The notes under the pieces were generated by a model. The model made no database searches. It saw only the letters and a list, made by a program, of their open reading frames with translations, and was not told the origin of the DNA. Source: Verrucomicrobiia bacterium (lineage in GTDB: Bacteria > Verrucomicrobiota > Verrucomicrobiia > Limisphaerales > UBA1319). From it: a stretch of 64,000 bases of DNA. The stretch spans positions 1,696,001 through 1,760,000 of the forward strand of contig OY760937.1 of the NCBI GenBank assembly GCA_963664225.1, given 5' to 3'. Below, piece by piece: positions 60,749 to 64,000 of the stretch (position 1 is the stretch's first letter; every line of letters starts with the position of its first letter). Both the position numbers and the translations under genes were made by a program.

Positions 60749-60862
60749 AAATTCGCATCCGGCATTGCAGCGCGATCTGAATCGGCCAGAGGGCGTGATG
60801 AGTGACTTCGACGCGGCTTCGTTCAACCCGTGAAAGCAAATAATCCTTCGCTCCGCTCCGGA

Positions 60863-61540
60863 TTATCTACATTCCTTTTTTTGTTGGGCGGCTCGCATTT
60901 CACGTCGATAACGCATCATGACCAGATGGATGCAAGGTGGCACTGCTAGAAGCAAACCCACCACGGCAATGATACAGGCGAGAGAATGCGAACATAAATG
61001 CACAAAAAGGCCGCTGATGCTGGTCCTCTGCGACAACCTAATCCGTAGGCTCGGCTTCGTCGCATCGATAGCAGCCATCGGCTTGTCGTTCTGAAATGAA
61101 ATCTCATAGTTCTTGCCGACTTCGCCCGTGAACGTGAGCGTGTGATATGCAACTTTCTCAGCATAAAAAGCTGTGTCTGGATTAGGCGAAATCCCCTCGG
61201 CGAGAATATTCCCATCACAAATGATGCTTTGCCTAACCGGAATATGAGTCGGAAGGTCACGAATCACTCCGGGTGCATTCGTTCTCGGACATACGACATC
61301 AACCCAATAAACGCCCTTGAATGCCACGGTGAACCCGTTGGTAAAAGAGAAATCCCCATCATAACGAATGCTCTTCTCAAAGGCAGGTTTGGCCATCCGC
61401 TCATTACGCGATGCTAACTGCCAAACTAATACTGCTGTCACTAACGATAAAAGCGCGAGAACTGTGAACACAATCGTTGAGGATTTCAGTCCCAACATGG
61501 GTTCTGACGTCATCGGATGGTCTGTTGTGAAAACATTCAT
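60863..61540 (-). CDS. Cassette-like gene G: membrane protein with two TM anchors
   Basis: Lower GC; ATG 14 nt after GTTAGGT (61554-61560); no clear downstream attC; start uncertain. Confidence 0.7.
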   Translation of the reverse strand: MNVFTTDHPMTSEPMLGLKSSTIVFTVLALLSLVTAVLVWQLASRNERMAKPAFEKSIRYDGDFSFTNGFTVAFKGVYWVDVVCPRTNAPGVIRDLPTHIPVRQSIICDGNILAEGISPNPDTAFYAEKVAYHTLTFTGEVGKNYEISFQNDKPMAAIDATKPSLRIRLSQRTSISGLFVHLCSHSLACIIAVVGLLLAVPPCIHLVMMRYRREMRAAQQKKECR

Positions 61541-61722
61541 GACATCCACTGCCACCTAACATTAAGCAGTGTATGCGCCGCACCCTAGGTTGCAAGCGCG
61601 CAGACTTGTCCAGAGCCTCACGAGGGCATGGCGCAGACATTGCTTAACGTTGGTCAACATCAGAGCTTCTGACCACCCCGCTGGCTGGCCGGTTTGGGAG
61701 CGGAGAGCAGAGGGCGGGTCGC

Positions 61723-62120
61723 TGATCCAACTCCTACAGAGTTGGTGGTGCGTGGGCATGTGTAACCCGTGGTAGCTCGTTCCTCGCAACCCCGGTCTGA
61801 ATGATTTAATCCCTTCGGGATAATGAGATGGGAATCCGGTGCCGCCGTGGTTGATTGGAGATTATACCGCCACCATATCCGCCAGACTGGAACGGGACGT
61901 GCCACGATTCCGGATGCGGATCATCCAGCCACGTTCGATAAACCTCACCCGCAATCGTCCCGTCCGCGCAATCCTTTTAAAACGATACGAAATTGAATCC
62001 GACGAACGGCATGTATGGGACTGATCCAACTACTACAGAGTTGGTGGTGCGTGGTTATGTGCAACCAGGGGTAGCTCGTTCCTCGCAACCCCGGGCTGAA
62101 TGATTTAATCCCTTCGGGAT
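61723..62120 (-). repeat. One full 299-bp unit plus one REP head
   Basis: AATCCCTTCGGGAT at 61808-61821 and 62107-62120. Confidence 0.93.
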
Positions 62121-62372
62121 AATGAGATGGCAATCCGGCGCCGCAGATGGATGAACAGGATGGGGTGTGGATTGGCAGGGACGGGAATCCGCAGATGGAG
62201 ACCGGGAGGAACGGACTCAACCGCAAAGAGCACAGTGCCGGGAAAAAGGCAATGGACCACTGAGGCACGGAGGGGGACAAAATAAATTTATGCGTTTTAG
62301 TCCTGCACCCCAGGCAAACAGTGCGCCTGGTTTCAAATTGTGTTTTTCACGCTCTCTGGTTAGATTGGAAGG

Positions 62373-63194
62373 ATGTTGTTGGAGTTCACAAAAATGAACG
62401 GGGCGGGGAATGACTTTGTGCTGGTGGATAACCGCGAGCGCAAGATTCAACTGACCCGGACGCAGGTGACGCAATTATGCCACCGCCAGCGGGGCGCGGG
62501 CGCGGATGGCCTCATCCTGCTCGTGCCGTGCGCGAGCGGGCGCGCCGATTGGGCCTGGGATTTTTATAACAGCGACGGCAGTTCCGCGGAGATGTGCGGC
62601 AACGGCGCCCGTTGTTTCGCCCGGTTCGTCCAGAAACTGACCGGTTCCGCCAACACCCTCTCCTTCGAGACCACGGCCGGGGTGATCTCCGCGCGGATTC
62701 TTGGGGACCGGGTGGCGGTGAACCTGACCGCGCCAACGAACCTCCAACTCAACCTGAAGGTGCCCCTGACGAGCGGCGTGCAGACCGTTCACTCGATCAA
62801 CACCGGCGTGCCCCATGCCGTGCTGATGGTGGAGGATGCGGACAAGGCGATGGTCCAATCCTGGGGATCGGAACTGCGTTTCCACGCCCAGTTTCAACCG
62901 AAGGGGACGAATGTGAATTTCGTGCAGGTGACCGGCCCTGGGGCGATCCGGGTGCGGACCTATGAGCGCGGTGTGGAAGGGGAAACGCTGGCGTGCGGCA
63001 CGGGAGTGACCGCTTCGGCCCTGATTGCCGCAAAGGTGCACGGGTTCAGCTCGCCCGTTCGGGTGCGCGTGCAGGGCGGAGACACGCTGGAAGTGAGCTT
63101 CAAGCAAAATAACGGCGCTTTCGAAGAGGTTTGCCTGACCGGCCCCGCGGATTTTGTTTTCAAGGGGCAAATCGAGATTGGACTGGCCAAATAG
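62373..63194 (+). CDS. dapF: Diaminopimelate epimerase
   Basis: KMNGAGNDF, EMCGNGARC, GVPHAV, ERGVEGETLACGTG. Confidence 0.96.
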   Translation: MLLEFTKMNGAGNDFVLVDNRERKIQLTRTQVTQLCHRQRGAGADGLILLVPCASGRADWAWDFYNSDGSSAEMCGNGARCFARFVQKLTGSANTLSFETTAGVISARILGDRVAVNLTAPTNLQLNLKVPLTSGVQTVHSINTGVPHAVLMVEDADKAMVQSWGSELRFHAQFQPKGTNVNFVQVTGPGAIRVRTYERGVEGETLACGTGVTASALIAAKVHGFSSPVRVRVQGGDTLEVSFKQNNGAFEEVCLTGPADFVFKGQIEIGLAK

Positions 63195-63234
63195 GCGGCA
63201 ATCCGCCACCATTTTCTTTTACTGAGGTATTGCC

Positions 63235-64000
63235 ATGTTTACCGGAACTTACACCGCAATTGTCACGCCATTTAAGAACGAACAGCTCGATGAACCCGCT
63301 CTGGAGAGTCTGATCAAGGCCCAGATCAAGGGTGGCGTCACCGGCATCATACCGGTGGGCTCCACCGGCGAATCGCCCACGCTGAGCTACGAGGAGCACA
63401 TTCACGTCATCGAGCTGGCGGTCAAATTTGCGGGCCAGAAGATCAAGGTCATTGCCGGAGCGGGCGCCAACGCGACCCACGAGGCCATTTTCCTGGCGCA
63501 GGCGGCGGAGAAGGCGGGCGCGGACGCCTGCCTGCAAGTGGTTCCCTATTACAACAAGCCGACACAGGAGGGGCTGTTCCGCCATTTCCAGGCGATCTCC
63601 CAGGCCACCCATCTGCCCATCATCCTTTACAACATCCCCGGCCGGTGCGGTGTGGAAATCGCGGTGGAAACCATCCAGCGCCTGGTCAAGGAGTGCAAAA
63701 ACATCGTCGGCAGCAAGGAATCGACCGGCAACCTCGACCGCATCAGCCAGATGCGCGCGGTGCTGGGCGACCGTTTTTCCATTCTCTGCGGCGATGACTC
63801 GCTCACCCTGCCCTTCATGGCCCTGGGCGCGGACGGCGTGGTCAGCGTGGCTTCCAATATCATCCCCAAGGAAATGAGCCAGTTGGTCCTGGCCATGTCC
63901 ATGGGCAAGCTGGATATCGCGCAGAAGATCCATTACAAATACTTCCAGCTTTTCCGCGATCTTTTTATCGAGACCAATCCCGGCCCCATCAAGGCGGCAT
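63235..64000 (+). CDS. dapA: 4-hydroxy-tetrahydrodipicolinate synthase (runs off the window)
   Basis: Manual translation MFTGTYTAIVTPF..GSTGESPTL..PYYNKP..LYNIPGR..SKES..ETNPGPIKA. Confidence 0.95.
   Translation, partial: MFTGTYTAIVTPFKNEQLDEPALESLIKAQIKGGVTGIIPVGSTGESPTLSYEEHIHVIELAVKFAGQKIKVIAGAGANATHEAIFLAQAAEKAGADACLQVVPYYNKPTQEGLFRHFQAISQATHLPIILYNIPGRCGVEIAVETIQRLVKECKNIVGSKESTGNLDRISQMRAVLGDRFSILCGDDSLTLPFMALGADGVVSVASNIIPKEMSQLVLAMSMGKLDIAQKIHYKYFQLFRDLFIETNPGPIKAA

Noticed and set aside
38176..62372. Integron integrase or intact Y1 transposase
   Set aside because: No ORF with tyrosine-recombinase (R..HxxR..Y) or HUH motifs was found; only C-terminal transposase fragments.

Overview
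A 64 kb GC-rich bacterial window whose gene style and intergenic repeats suggest Verrucomicrobiota (Pedosphaera/Limisphaera-like; inference). Most of it is housekeeping or metabolic: EPS export (beta-barrel/OPX/Wzc), murA, hrpA, a sigma54-led glnK-amtB-glnA operon, dnaG, shc, rpsA, leuC, mntH, dapF-dapA, several secreted carbohydrate-active proteins, an intact IS1634-family element with TIRs and a 6-bp TSD, and a VapBC-like pair. Two related accessory islands (about 38.25-43.75 kb and 56.7-62.3 kb) are the notable part. They combine (i) ~297-bp REP-like units, 8 heads in tandem in island 1, built from GNA-triloop hairpins and carrying the last ~20 codons of a Y1/HUH (IS200/IS605 or RAYT-like) transposase; (ii) a repeated leader with a conserved TTGACC-N17-TAAA(C/T)(T/C) promoter and an attI-like GTTRRRY site; and (iii) integron-type gene cassettes separated by attC sites, with no integrase in the window. 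A 1.5-kb three-cassette block is duplicated in inverted orientation between the islands. Island 1 also holds an IS110 element whose bridge RNA target and donor guides can be read directly from the sequence and match its own junctions, although its recombinase carries one premature stop.
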